A stretch of 64,000 bases of DNA, from contig OZ076409.1 of the NCBI GenBank assembly GCA_964187785.1, positions 61,568,001 to 61,632,000 of the forward strand, given 5' to 3'. This document shows positions 11,301 to 23,213 of this stretch, one piece after another. This stretch comes from Amphiscolops sp. MND2022 (taxonomy: Eukaryota). The notes under the pieces are model-generated. The model saw only the letters and a program-made list of their open reading frames with translations. It made no database searches and had not been told where the DNA came from. The position numbers and the translations under genes are program-made. Each line of letters starts with the position of its first letter. Within the stretch, counting starts at the first letter, position 1.

Positions 11301-13679
11301 GTTAATTTATTGTCTTTTTTTGCGTTATAATGTGCTAAACATGGGATTCTTGTTACACAATTTTTCAAATTATTGAAAGATTTTGTGTGCTCTTCCGTAC
11401 AGATCCAAGCGGTCTGCTTCTTTAGTAGTTTTTGTAAAATATCTGTGTTTGTTGACAGATTTTTGATGTATTTCGATGAGTATTGTATAGCCCCGACAAT
11501 TGATTTTTTTTCGTTTTTTGGAACGTTGATCTTTGTTATTGCGTCACAAGTGTCCTGCAGTGGTCTTATTTCTTGCTGGTCTACTTTGTGCCGTACCCAT
11601 TCAGTTTCGTTTTTGAAAAAAATCAACATTTCTTCGGGTTTCATCTGTATCCAGTTTTTCTACTTTTATCATTTTTTCTCGCACCCCTGCTCCGTGTTTT
11701 TCCATGTTTCCCTTTCTTACGATAATAATGTCGTCTAGCCAAGTCTAATGTTTATGTTCTAGGGTAAGGTCTATCCGTTCTTCAAAGATTGTTGGGAAAT
11801 CGGCCAGTCCGTAGTATTCTTTCGGGAAACCGTATTAACCTATGAATTCGCCTCCTGTTACGGTAAATTTTCAGAAGATTCTCGTTTTTTCGTCCACTTT
11901 GATCTGTTCATATGCGTAATAAAAGTTTCGTTTTGTGGCTAGGATTTCGCCCTCAGTTCGCTTTTATATCTTTTGCGATATCCGTGCAATCAGTTCTTCC
12001 AAGTTCAGCATTTTTTTGTTGTTCGTTTAGTTTTCTTAGATCCAATGTGATTTTTACTGATTTATCTTTCTTCACTGTTATGACTGCTGGGCTTACAAAA
12101 CAATCTTCAGATATTTCAGTTGCATTTTCCAGGTATCCGTGGTCTATCAATCGCTTTAATTCTTTTGCTTCTTGTTCTTGGAGATTATTGGAATTGGCCT
12201 TACTTTTTGTTGAATTATTTGTGCTCCTTCTTTCAAGTTTATCTTCACAGATTGGTTCTTTATCTCCCGGTTGTTGTAAAACAAGTCATTGAAGTCATTT
12301 TAGAGTTTTATTATCCGTTTTTCCGTGCTGTCCAGTTTTATGTTGTGCGTCGTTACTTGAATTTACATTTATATCCAGCCGTTACTTCCAGTCCAATTCC
12401 ATTAACGGGAATGTTTGAGCTTTTTTAATTAATACGAGCGTTTCGTGTGTTTCGTTTTTGTTTTATCCATTGCCGTTGTTTGTCCGGTGAATTCGATCTT
12501 TTGGTTGTTTTTGTATTTGTATGTGGTTTAAAGTGGTTTTAATTCGGTTATTTAATTGAATTGGATTAGTGTTATCTGTGATCCACCTACAATGATGAAT
12601 TTGATTTGCACGTTAATACTCAATAGTGTTGCGTTGTAGAACCCCTTTTTGTGCTTTGTGTTATAGATGTTCTGAATTTTGTCATAGTGCCAATTGTCCT
12701 CTTCTGCTCATGAGGCCGCACTTTCTACGTATTGAACTCTTTTCACTCACCTGCACATCTTTTCGTAATGTATCGTTCTTTTGCAGTTTCTGCATTCTGC
12801 CGTTCTTGCTTGACATATGTGTTATCTGGTCCAAATGGGTGCCGCCATTGTCCGCATCGGTTATCACTTTGTTTGAACTTTTGATTTTCCAGTTTTCTTT
12901 TTACCTTCTCTTGACTGGTTGTTTCTGATCATTTCCCTTTGTGCAGTCTTTGTTACACATGCATGTTTTGTTTCTCTTCCGCCATTTTAATTGTTTGAAT
13001 TGTTAAGAAGGTCATACATGTGCTCGTCTATTAGGGCTGTTATGGTCTCGATGGTCATATCACTCTTTTGAATCTTTTTCTTGAGTTCGTAGTCTCCTGT
13101 TGACCTTGCAATCGCCGAGCGAAATTGTGGAGCAATTAACTCGGCCGGCGTGACGTTTTCGAATTCACAATTTTTCTCCACCTGTAATATCTTTGTCCAT
13201 ACGTCTTCGGCCGTTTCGTGTTTTTCTCTGATTTATCCGAAGAAATAAGCTCTGCTGTGAAATTTATTCCGTTCCGGTATGACGTGTAACCGGAACAGTG
13301 AATACACCTGATTTATCTCCATTTTGTTTGGATCATTGTCTCTAACGGCCCTTGTCATTCCCGTTATTGCCGACTCGCCTAACTCCCAGATAAACAGGTC
13401 CTTTATCCGGTGTTCCAGCTCGTCTCTGTGTTCCTGTAGGATCTCTCGGTCATTCGTCATTACGTTTAAATCAATGTTTTGTGTCATTTTTATGTATTGT
13501 GTGAAACTGCTCCACCTTAGTTTCGCTTTTTGTATGCCACGTTGTACGAACGTCGGCGAGTACATTTTTTGATTTAGTTTTTCAATTCTTCGCAATTTCT
13601 GGTGGGTTCTTTCCGCTCGATGACCCTGAGCCTGTGCTTTCTGCTGTTTTCGATTCTGCCATGTTGTTTTAATGCGCAA

Positions 13680-13896
13680 TGTTCAATCGGCAGAATATGA
13701 ATGAAATAAAGAAGATAATGCACGTTCAATGATCTATTTTGATCTGTTCGAAGATAACAATGTAAGATTAGCATTCTACAATGTTTTGTTGTTCAAGGAC
13801 AGGTACTACGCTGTCAAAATGCAAAAGGTTAATAGTAGTGTTGCGGCAGGAATGATTGACATTTAGATATGTGTGTGTCAACGTATACATGTCACA
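13680..13896 (-). repeat. 5' LTR of the 8082-13896 element
   Basis: TG...CA termini, homologous to 8082-8305, followed by the PBS remnant and gag ATG (MAESKTAES). Confidence 0.85.
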
Positions 13897-14239
13897 ATGA
13901 GAGATCATTTCAACCACTTTTTCTCCACTGGATAGCTTTGGGTCACTGAATAGACAATTGTAATCAAACGTTCGTTCACCTTTGCTAGTAAAAGTAGTTC
14001 CAAAACGTTCCCAACAACCTTAGATAATAGAAAAATATTATCAAACTTGTTTAAAAAACATATAGTATATATTTTCACTTCATGCAACAATGATTTCTGA
14101 GTAATATATTGAACAATATTTTTGAAGAGCTGATCTGCAATGCAACTGGAAGCTAACGGAATAAAGCCCTTTGAAAGGTGAAACTAAAATAATTCCTAAA
14201 CGTTCAATTATGAAAATTTGACAATGTTTGTTTACTCAC

Positions 14240-14330
14240 CTACTGACGCTTCCAAACCTGAATCCATAATCAGGAGAAAGATTAACTTCAAAAACGAAAA
14301 CAGCCCATAAGCATCACGAAATGCGTCCAT
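14240..14330 (-). CDS. Putative first (signal-peptide) exon of the F5/8-like gene
   Basis: MDAFRDAYGLFSFLKLIFLLIMDSGLEASV with a hydrophobic core. Strong donor G|GTGAGT in phase 1, joining the 7972 exon in frame (G+AG = Glu). Confidence 0.55.
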
Positions 14331-14433
14331 TATGTGAAATTGCCTATTCTCGTAAAGGATGAAAGATTTTTTCTTCCAGATTTCTGTTTTTCGTGAAAGT
14401 ATCGATAATCTACTTTTTTTCAGCTCGATTTTC

Positions 14434-14501
14434 TAAGATGTTGCAACTTCGTGGTAAGACTTGGTAATTACCAAGTCTTACCACGAAGTTGCAACATCTT
14501 A
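14434..14501. repeat. 68-bp perfect palindrome
   Basis: TAAGATGTTGCAACTTCGTGGTAAGACTTGGTAA|TTACCAAGTCTTACCACGAAGTTGCAACATCTTA, no spacer. Confidence 0.95.
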
Positions 14502-17414
14502 AGGGTCTTCTTAAGGGTCTTCTAGTTGGTAAGGGTTGCTGGTATTTTCATTCTGTTTTGGTTCACCATTGTAAAAAATGTTTTTATTTCAACTTTCTAA
14601 AGCCAGCAAAGTTTTGGAATGTATTTTTGCAAACTTTTTTCTGAACTATCTATTTACATTTTTGTTTGCAACTATGAAATATTTTTCAGAGTTATTATTA
14701 CGAAATTCCATGTGGATATTTCATTCAAAGCGTTGAGTAATTTTAAATTGAACCAATTGGGCATTTGATGTGCTAGAAAAAAAATCAATTTTAGAAATTG
14801 AGAACAGAAAACCTTGCAAAATTTGCGTTTTTGATAACCAAATTTTCAAATTTTGAAATCCTTTTAACAATAAATTCAATCGCAGATTTTTTCCAGATTT
14901 CTAGTCTTCGTTGTAAAGCAAAAAATGATTACAAAACACGTTGCTAAAGTCTTTTTCACAAGTCAAATTAGTGAGCTAATGACGAAACAAAAACAAAAAT
15001 ATATCTGGGGCATCCTACACATGCCCCCCCCCAAAGATTGAAAGTAACGCGTTCTGTCTGAGACAACCGAAGAAATTAGACAACATGCAAGTTAATTGTT
15101 GTATTCTGATGAAAATGTAGAGAGGCATGAGAAAGAGACTATTCTGTAAAACAAATACAACAACTGATCTACATCGAAACAGTGAAATTCCAGGTTTACA
15201 GGTCATGGCTTTCCAACAATGATTCATGGGTACTCCATGCCGAGAACCATTCCATGATCATGGAAAGATACCCTTGATTAATCGATGATAATGGACGAAA
15301 ATCCATGATGCCATGGATAATCATGGATATAAACCAGAAACATTAACCATGAAAGGCATTCTTGACTCAATTTATTTTGGTCACCACAAAAAGAGAAAGT
15401 TGGTATCTAAAACTAGTAGCTGCTCGTCTGAAAGTATCAAGTTGGTTTCAAAATACTTTTTGAAAACTTTATTGATTTTTTTGTGCTTTTCTCATATTTT
15501 CACTGGAAACAATTTTTTGAACAAACTTCGTTTCATTTTAACGCTATCTAGCTGGTTCTCGCTGAAATGCAAACTTCTCCATTGGCATTTTTAAGATTGT
15601 CATTTCGCGTTGGAGTCGATCAAACTTTTCTTCATTTTCTCGCTGAGTCTCCGCAGTATTCAAAGCGAAGGAGATCTAACTTGTCTTTGTTCGTTTGTAA
15701 AAATATTTGTATCTTCCATTTTGTTGTTGCTTTCATTTTGTGAAGAGTTTAGTTCTAAATTTGATCTACTTGGAACTATGATATTCCCGTTTTTGAGTCT
15801 TTTTGGAGAGAGATTGCTCATACGATGAGAAGATGAAGTTTGTAGGACAAAGTTGAATTGCATAAATTGAGGTCAAGTTGCTTGATTTTACGTCTAAGTG
15901 TAAGAGAAAGATAGTATTGTCTGTAACGTACAATTTGGTCTAATGGTGGTTGGTCGCTAGCCCATCGGTGGTAGTTGGTAAGACGTTTTTCTCACCATCG
16001 AACCTTCTCATTGGTTTACCAACGAGGTGTTAATTAGGATTCATGACCGATTACCGTAGTTTACAATGGAGGGCTACGAACTGCAAATTGCCCACCAAAG
16101 TAATTTCAAATTGATTTACTTGAACATATATTGAGTTTGGAGCACGTTGTGTATCTAACACCTTTGAGTCATTGAAAGGTGGTTAGATTCATCAACTGAC
16201 ATGAAAACGATGAAGTTTGAGAATTAAGATGTTATTGTGAGCTATTTCAGAAAATTGATGAATGTGAGAATTGATGAATTATTTTCAGTTTGTTAGTATA
16301 ACTGAATTGATATGGTGAACACGCTGAAATGTAGTAAAAGGGGTCTCAAGATAAAGGGTAAAAAAGTTCATCGTTGTCTCATCTTTAGTGCAGCTTGGAG
16401 AAATCGATGAAAGGACGATGAAGGAATGTCATCGTGATTCCATCGTCGAAAACAAAATGACATTATTCAACTGGGAAGATATAGAAACGATGAATTGTAA
16501 AAACAGTACTTTACTATGGGCTGTTATTCATCAACGACGAGAGGATTTCATCACTTTTACATCTTGATACTAATTGTTTGACAACTGCATCGCTCATGAG
16601 ATGGGAAAGTGATGAAATTGAGAAATAACTCACGACAGTTCGTTGTGATGCTCAATTGTCGGTCGTCTTACGTTTTTCATCGTTTTATCATCGGCTCGCC
16701 ATTTCAGAAATTGTGGCTTTCCTCTTTCTCGTGACTTAGTTTTTTCTTGCGTTGTGACACATATTTCAAACATAAATGCAAAATATTGATTCAGGAGCCT
16801 CATAATACATAATACATATCTCAAATTCAGAGTAGGTGATTAGGGTTGTAACGTAGAGTTGCGCACCACCATGAATCTTTTTATATGACTTCATGTTGCC
16901 CATAAATAATTACATAAGACATCATGCTGGCATGACAGTCACGTATTGCCGGAACCTACCAATCAAATCAAAACGGGCTCAAATTGAACAACAGGGATTA
17001 AAGTTAAATTGTTAATTGGTTAATTAAGGCGAGACGCCTTTGTAAAATTACTATGTTACAGTGAAACGAACGTAGGGAAAAAAGATTCTGCGGTGAAATG
17101 ATATGGGGTGAAGAGAATGTGGGGTGAAGTGAACGAAATGATTATCCATGATTTGATTATAATGAAAAGCACCATCGATGATGTGCTATGATTCGAATTT
17201 GATGGCGAAAAAGCTATTTTCATGGATGAGAAGCCAAAAGTGGGCCATGATGGTCTGTCTGGGATAATCTGGCTCCGTTAAAATGTGTTTGTAAACAGTT
17301 TTCCATCTTAGCTTGATTCATTGTCAATGACCTTTAGCAGCTGATGTTTGACATATTTTTTAAATAAAGAAAAATTTATCATTGAAACAAAAAAGGGAAC
17401 GAAACGAAAACATT

Positions 17415-18070
17415 TTCCCATCGTTGAGAAGTTGTTGAACACTGCTCGTGATGCCTTGAATTAAATTAAGCGTTCAACAACCAAACACTACAACATGTAA
17501 ACAATGTCATCTCAAGCTTACCTGGTCTGAGCCTCCATGGATGTTGTAAATAGAGTAAACTCTAATTCGATTGTGCAACGATCATGCCTAATTTTCAAAA
17601 GTCAGCCACTTTACCCGTAATACTATTGGTAAGATGTCATACTACGACCGACCCACGACTTGTGTGATAGTACAACCCATCGTACTTCGAAAAGCAAGAG
17701 AAAACAGTGAGACAGCAATGTTTTTTGTACCTTTTAAAAGGGTGTTTATTGAGAACATTGAATAAGCATTCAGCAGGAAATCTCTCAGCGAAAAAGCCAA
17801 GAAAAAATCTCAGTCGCAGGCGCTTCTACGAGGCCGAGAACTGGCTAATGAACATTCAGTCTCAACATTGATTTTTTTGGGGGTAACAAACTAAAACCTC
17901 CAAAAAACTCACTTCTCCACTTTTTCTGAACTACATTGGTCACAAAATGGTTTAGAGAGATTCCGTAGGAGAAACCTTTGGAAATGAAAGATAATGAACA
18001 TGCCATTGACTGGTTGCTTGAATGCACTGAGACCATTTTATGTTCCACACTCGGGTTCCATACTTCAAAC
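17415..18070 (+). pseudogene. Decayed hAT transposase fragment
   Basis: PIVEKLLNTARDALN*IKRS...MDVVNRVNS (cf. DV.TRWNS) and ...PYFK near 18055 (cf. LDPRFK). CATCG/CGATG-rich repeats upstream at 16370-16700. Confidence 0.45.
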
Positions 18071-18173
18071 AGGACAAGAAGCCCACTGATCTTTCAATTG
18101 TTGAAGCGAACAGTTGAGTGAGACGAACAGTTCAAATCAACTATCTTCTACTTAGTAAGGAATTAACTGAAAC

Positions 18174-18400
18174 ATGGTTTACAAAATAAACCACAGAAGT
18201 TATTGTTTCTTTACCGCTGGAATAAGAAAGCACGTGATTTTTAGAACTGAAAAAGTTATTCGAACATCTGTGGTGTCTTGCATTTCATTGCCTGCAGAAT
18301 CCTCAACACGTCTTATTGTCATCAATATCTACAGCCCTGATTTTGAATCTACCGACTGACGCGTCTTACAGCAAGCGTTATATCGGGTCACTCTGTATTC
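18174..18400 (+). pseudogene. Possible LINE endonuclease remnant
   Basis: LIVINIYSP resembles the APE-endonuclease I.NVYAP motif. Short and degenerate. Confidence 0.3.
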
Positions 18401-19924
18401 TTTTTGTAAAGAATTTGAAAAGCCGTTCATTATGCAAATTGCGTCAAATTTGGAAACATAGGAACCAATTCAAGCCATCTACTTCACTCATCAAGGTAAT
18501 CGTTTGCACAATTGTTTCGTATAAATCAATATCGTGGCTACAGTAAACTACGAAACCTTCATGACCTTTTCTCATTCTTAAGAACAAACGGAGGTCACTT
18601 TTGCTCGACGGGAACGGTACGCTGAGCAAAAACTTCCAAGTATACTTTGCCTGTTGCGACCGGATTGTTTCAATGCCAGATGTAAATTTTGAGTCTACCC
18701 GCCGTTTGAGTTTTCCATTAAAAATGCTAGTTGCAATTTTACAAAACGTTTTTTTCCGAAGCCTGTCTGCAAATAAGGCTTCATTTGCAATTTTGAATTT
18801 TTAAACTTGGAAATACACCGACTCTTAACATTTTCTGTTCTAGTCTACAAGACAGCATTCAAAAAATCGTTTAGATTTTTCTGTGGTAAAGGCATCACAA
18901 AATTTGTTTCCTTCATCTTTCTTCAAATCGAATTTTGACATTCTTTTCGAATGTCAATTCTTGTTTTGTCCACGCTTACTTGTCACAAACAACAAGACGC
19001 CCGCTATGCACGGGATATTTTCCGCCTTCAATTGGCTAACAATAGACACTTAATCGAAGACTTACCCCTCCTTGGTAAAACTCAATTTACTTCGGATGTA
19101 ACGTCAAAATTCGGATATAGCGCCTTTTTTTCGAACCTCGGCTTCCTCCGTAGTAAAACACAATTAACTTTGGATAAAACGTCAAAAGTTCTGATTTCGG
19201 ATATAGCTTGCTGGGACAAATTGGATAATATGTGGGCTTAAAATAATAACTTGCCAATGCTACATTGCGTAGCTATTGTGAACTCCTAACGTGTGAGAAA
19301 AAACCTGTTTAGACATGCGAGGTTTCATATCAAAGTTGACTCTCGTTCTTTGTTCCTTCACTCGTTTTGATTGAAACCAAGATATTCTAATTTCGATTTT
19401 GAACGTACAACTATTTTCAAAGTTCCAAAGATTGATCCTGTCCTTGTCTGCTGGCCAAATTTGACTCATTCCGCAGAATCATGTTTACCGCTGAAAAATT
19501 TTATAGCTAGGTTTCTGAGCCATTCAGCGTCCTATATCATGTGACTCGAGCAGCCACTGTCTTTCAACTGCTATGAAACAAGTCACCGTTGCTCTTTTGC
19601 AATGCTACTCTCATTTCGCCTCGTATCAAAGTCATTTGCTTTTAGGCAATTAAAGCGAAGTTTCTGTTTGGAACTTGTTTTCTTTTTGGGGCACTCATTT
19701 GCCTTGTACGCTGTCTCATCACATTCGTAAAAAAGGCCCGCTGAGCAGCAAGATCTTTTCCGCACCAAACGGTTCTACTACAACTACATAAACTTGAAGA
19801 TTAAGAATAACCAATGCAATCTGAAAACGCCAAAAATTTTTTAGAAAAACGCTTTGTCTCATATTAGCCCATTCTTGAAGGAAATACCTAATTTCTTAAC
19901 TCTGCGCAAGCTGGCCACTTTTCA

Positions 19925-20343
19925 TTTTTCCGACACTATGCGACTTATCGAGTGAAAAGAAAATTTCCAAAACAAAAATTCGAAAACATTTTTCGAAGTA
20001 TATTTTTTAGCAATTTTTAGATTTATTAATTTTCTGTGAAGGAAATAGGTTTCCAGAGTCTCGAGGGTGACATCTTTGTTACTTTTGATCATGTTGAACT
20101 AATGAGTTTTCCTAAAGATTGTGGAAAGTGCCGCGTTTCAGTTTTTTTGGCTCTGTGCGTCTTTCCGAAACTTTCATTGGAAATTTTGTGATTCCTGTTA
20201 GGAAAAAAGTGGTTTCTGAGTCTCAGGCGCATTTCTTGAGGTAATTTTAGGCTGTGAGAAAATGGTAAAAGATTCAATCTAGGGTCTTTTGCATGTTTAG
20301 GAAATTTTAGAGGGGCGCCAACTTGGGCCGGTCCCGGCTTGTT
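19925..20343 (+). mobile_element. HINE-like repeat, 3' part
   Basis: Family internal motif CACTATGCGACTT and 3' end GGCGCCAACTTGGGCCGGTCCCGGCTTGTT. Confidence 0.55.
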
Positions 20344-21363
20344 ATTTTGTTGCACATAGTTTCGTCAAAAATGTCAAAATTTGGAAAAATTTGATATTTT
20401 TGACAACTTTGGGGTCGAATCGAAGAACTTTTCTAACTCGAAACTACGGACGTCTCATCCAAACTAATCCTACTGGACACCGTATTTAGATGTTGTTGAA
20501 TGTTTACACTATTCTAAACCACGGAGTAGCTCGAAAAACGTAAAAAGAATTGTTAAACAACGTCGAACAATTTTAAATGTTTTGGTCAATCTCAGGTTTT
20601 CTTCCTTCGTGAGAAACTGCAAAAACAATGTATTTTGAAAGTGTACTCCATATTTAGTGGTTTTTCTGGGTGCCTATTGAATATTAAATTTTTGACTAAT
20701 AAGGTCGAGAAAGAACTTTTTGTTTTTAACAAAATTTTCGAAAATTGTGTAGTTGAACATTTCTGATATCTTTTCGAAACACCACTGGTAGGTACATGTT
20801 TCAATCCTGAACCTATGGGGTTTCCGATTGAAGTAAAGTTTTGGAAAGGGTCTAAAGTTTGGACTATGTTTTCCAAAATTGAGAAAACTCGGGAAAGTTG
20901 ACAACTTTGTTGTAAACTTAAGGAAGTTCATCCCACATTCCGTCTCCAATTGGGTTTTGGATACCCTAGTGTTTCAATGATCAGGTCAAGGGAAGTTCTT
21001 TTCCAGAAAAATTTTGGTGGTTTGTTCTACGCAACTAACTAACTACGCAACTAAATGTGAAGATAATAACGAAACAATCGAAAAATTTTAAATCACAGTT
21101 GTACTTATTTTTAAACGTGCTTATTCTCTTTTATATATGTGACAATAATAATATTGGTCTTTTTTGCAAGACTATAGCGAGAAAAACTGTGAAAATTCAT
21201 CATCGGTTCCAATCGGATAAGACTCAATTTTCTGTCACTAAATCTTATTTCCATATATGGGGACGGAAAATAAGGTCCAAATTTTCTGTTACTAAAAACG
21301 TCCAAAGAAGACATTCGTGATATGCCACAGTCACATGCCTTTACTGTCTCAAACACGGGAGCG

Positions 21364-21425
21364 TAGGTAGCGGAGCGGTAGGTGCCATTACCAATATGAC
21401 GGCTGGTTTTGAATCCCGACCTGGA
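21364..21425 (+). other. tRNA-derived (SINE-head-like) fragment
   Basis: A-box-like GGTAGCGGAGCGGTA and B-box-like GGTTTTGAATCCC at tRNA spacing. No complete cloverleaf. Confidence 0.35.
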
Positions 21426-22056
21426 ATGGCTCTAAGCGCTCCTGAAAGATGAAGTTCGCGTAATAGAACGAATTTTTCTATCGGATTTTACTTTTCAGAA
21501 AAATTAATTAGAAAACTTTTTTCGTCTTGGACGTTAACCCTTTGGACAGTAATTTCCCCCAACCTTATATAGCATTCACTTAAATAATCTTTCTCTTTCC
21601 TTTTCACTTTCCAAGGGTAGCTTGTGTAGAGAACAATTCACGCTAGCTTTTTAACAAATATAGTATTTTAGTCGTACTTCCTCCTTACAGTTTTCTTCGT
21701 CGGTGAAGTTTCAACTATTGTTAATTAACAATAGTTTATAAATTATGAACAATTTATTACAATTTATAAAACTATGCTTGGTGTTTGCTTTCAAAAGTTT
21801 TCTCAAGTTCCCGGTATTACCATGCTGAACCTGATTTCGAGTAATTTCAAAATATAGCGTACAATCCACGTCACTAAATCAGTTGAAAACGTGTATTGCT
21901 CATCTAATTAGTTAACTAAACGTGCGATCAAGCAGGTGGTTAGAATTCGAGTCTGATGCAACCTCAGAAATATGAAAGGTTAATGTGAAGAATGAAGTTA
22001 CTAGTCATGGTGGAAAAGTTGTTAGGCGGGTATGTGACTGAATGTAAGTAGCGTCA

Positions 22057-22184
22057 TTATTCTTCAGCGAGTTTCTCTCGGATGTGTTGTAAAGTTGAGA
22101 ATTGATCTTGTAGAAGCATCGTTCTTTTGATTCCGATTTGCCAACTCGTGTCTTCGTTTCTTTTCCAGCTTTGTTCGGCCATTT
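22057..22184 (-). CDS. TRPM-like channel, putative terminal exon
   Basis: Acceptor gtttcAG. Phase-1 join gives KMAEQSWKRNEDTSWQIGIKRTMLLQDQFSTLQHIREKLAEE-stop. Supported by phase only. Confidence 0.45.
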
Positions 22185-22791
22185 CTGAAACAAGAAAATG
22201 CATATAAAAAGGTCTCGGTTTTCGATCATGAAACATTCAAAAGCTTTTACATTGCGATCGTTACATATCTAGTAAATGAAGCTAACTTTTGAAGGCTTTC
22301 ATGGGTTTTTACTAAGATGAAGACATTTTTTGCAAAAATGTTCCATGTATGGTCTCTGAATTCACGTTTTTCGAATAAATTAGCCACCATACTTGCATGC
22401 AACAGACAAAAGTCAAGATTTTTCGGATGTTGCGAAAGACTCAATGTTTGGTTAACTGTTTTTGTAAGATTTCAAACTAAACGTAATTGATCTCAATTTT
22501 AAAAGAATCAGCTCTAAAAACTTGACATCAAGGATACTTGCACGTCATTTTTTGGTTATAATTTTAACAGCGGAAATTTCAAAACAGATCACCCCGTAGC
22601 GGGTCATTTAACACATATCTAATTCAGCCAACTTTGACTGCAGAAACTGACAGCTTAAGAAGTTTACACAATACTTCTACATTCCTAGAGGCTGAATCAT
22701 TTCGATTGACAATGTTGATGGAAAGGTCTAGGATTGTAAAAATTTGCAAAATTCAAATTGATTTAGAAAGTATAAGAAAATGTTTACTTAC

Positions 22792-22921
22792 TATCTGAGC
22801 TTTTCTTCATACCGGGAAGTAATTTACTGAGAAGTTTGCTCCTTCGAATTCTCTTCTTCAACCCCCAGCTGATGAGCTGATATACAATAACAGGTGCTGA
22901 AAATGGAGGCGGAACTGGGAT
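22792..22921 (-). CDS. TRPM-like channel exon (post-TRP-box PPPF motif)
   Basis: ctttAG|IPVPPPFSAPVIVYQLISWGLKKRIRR...|GTAAGT, phase 0 to 1. Confidence 0.8.
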
Positions 22922-22989
22922 CTAAAGCAATCAAATGACGACATTTGAGAGATGCGTCAGAACTATCCTAGAGTCATAAAGATCCACGC

Positions 22990-23213
22990 TAAGGTAAGTT
23001 AAAGAAACAGAAGGGATTAATACAGTGAATTAAAATGATACGATGTTAGGATAACTATTCGTATGTAGATGTCTAAGCAGTTACATCAAACTCTTTACAC
23101 AGTCTTCTTCTATCATATATGTATGGGATTGCATGACTTCAGAATAGTACCAGGTACTTGGAATGTTCTTTTTAGGCTGGCCATGAACTTCAAGTTATTC
23201 TTATCATGCCACA
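22990..23213 (-). repeat. 3' LTR of the 22990-28780 element
   Basis: Near-identical to 28565-28780. Confidence 0.9.

Larger units (their letters stand above)
8082..13896 (-). mobile_element. Degenerate Ty3/Gypsy (Mag-like) LTR retrotransposon, intronic
   Basis: Diverged ~220-bp direct repeats, TSD TTGAG/ATGAG, decayed PBS (TTGCGCA at 13673-13679), PPT GGGGGGAA at 8306-8313. Gag, RT (FVSPAVITVKKDKSVKI, WLDD), RNase H (TTDAS, EFELLAVIWG) and IN fragments broken by many frameshifts. Confidence 0.9.

Noticed and set aside
19260..19768. Decayed zinc-knuckle-like peptide (YECDETAYKANECP)
   Set aside because: Too degenerate, and no LTR or pol context could be established.
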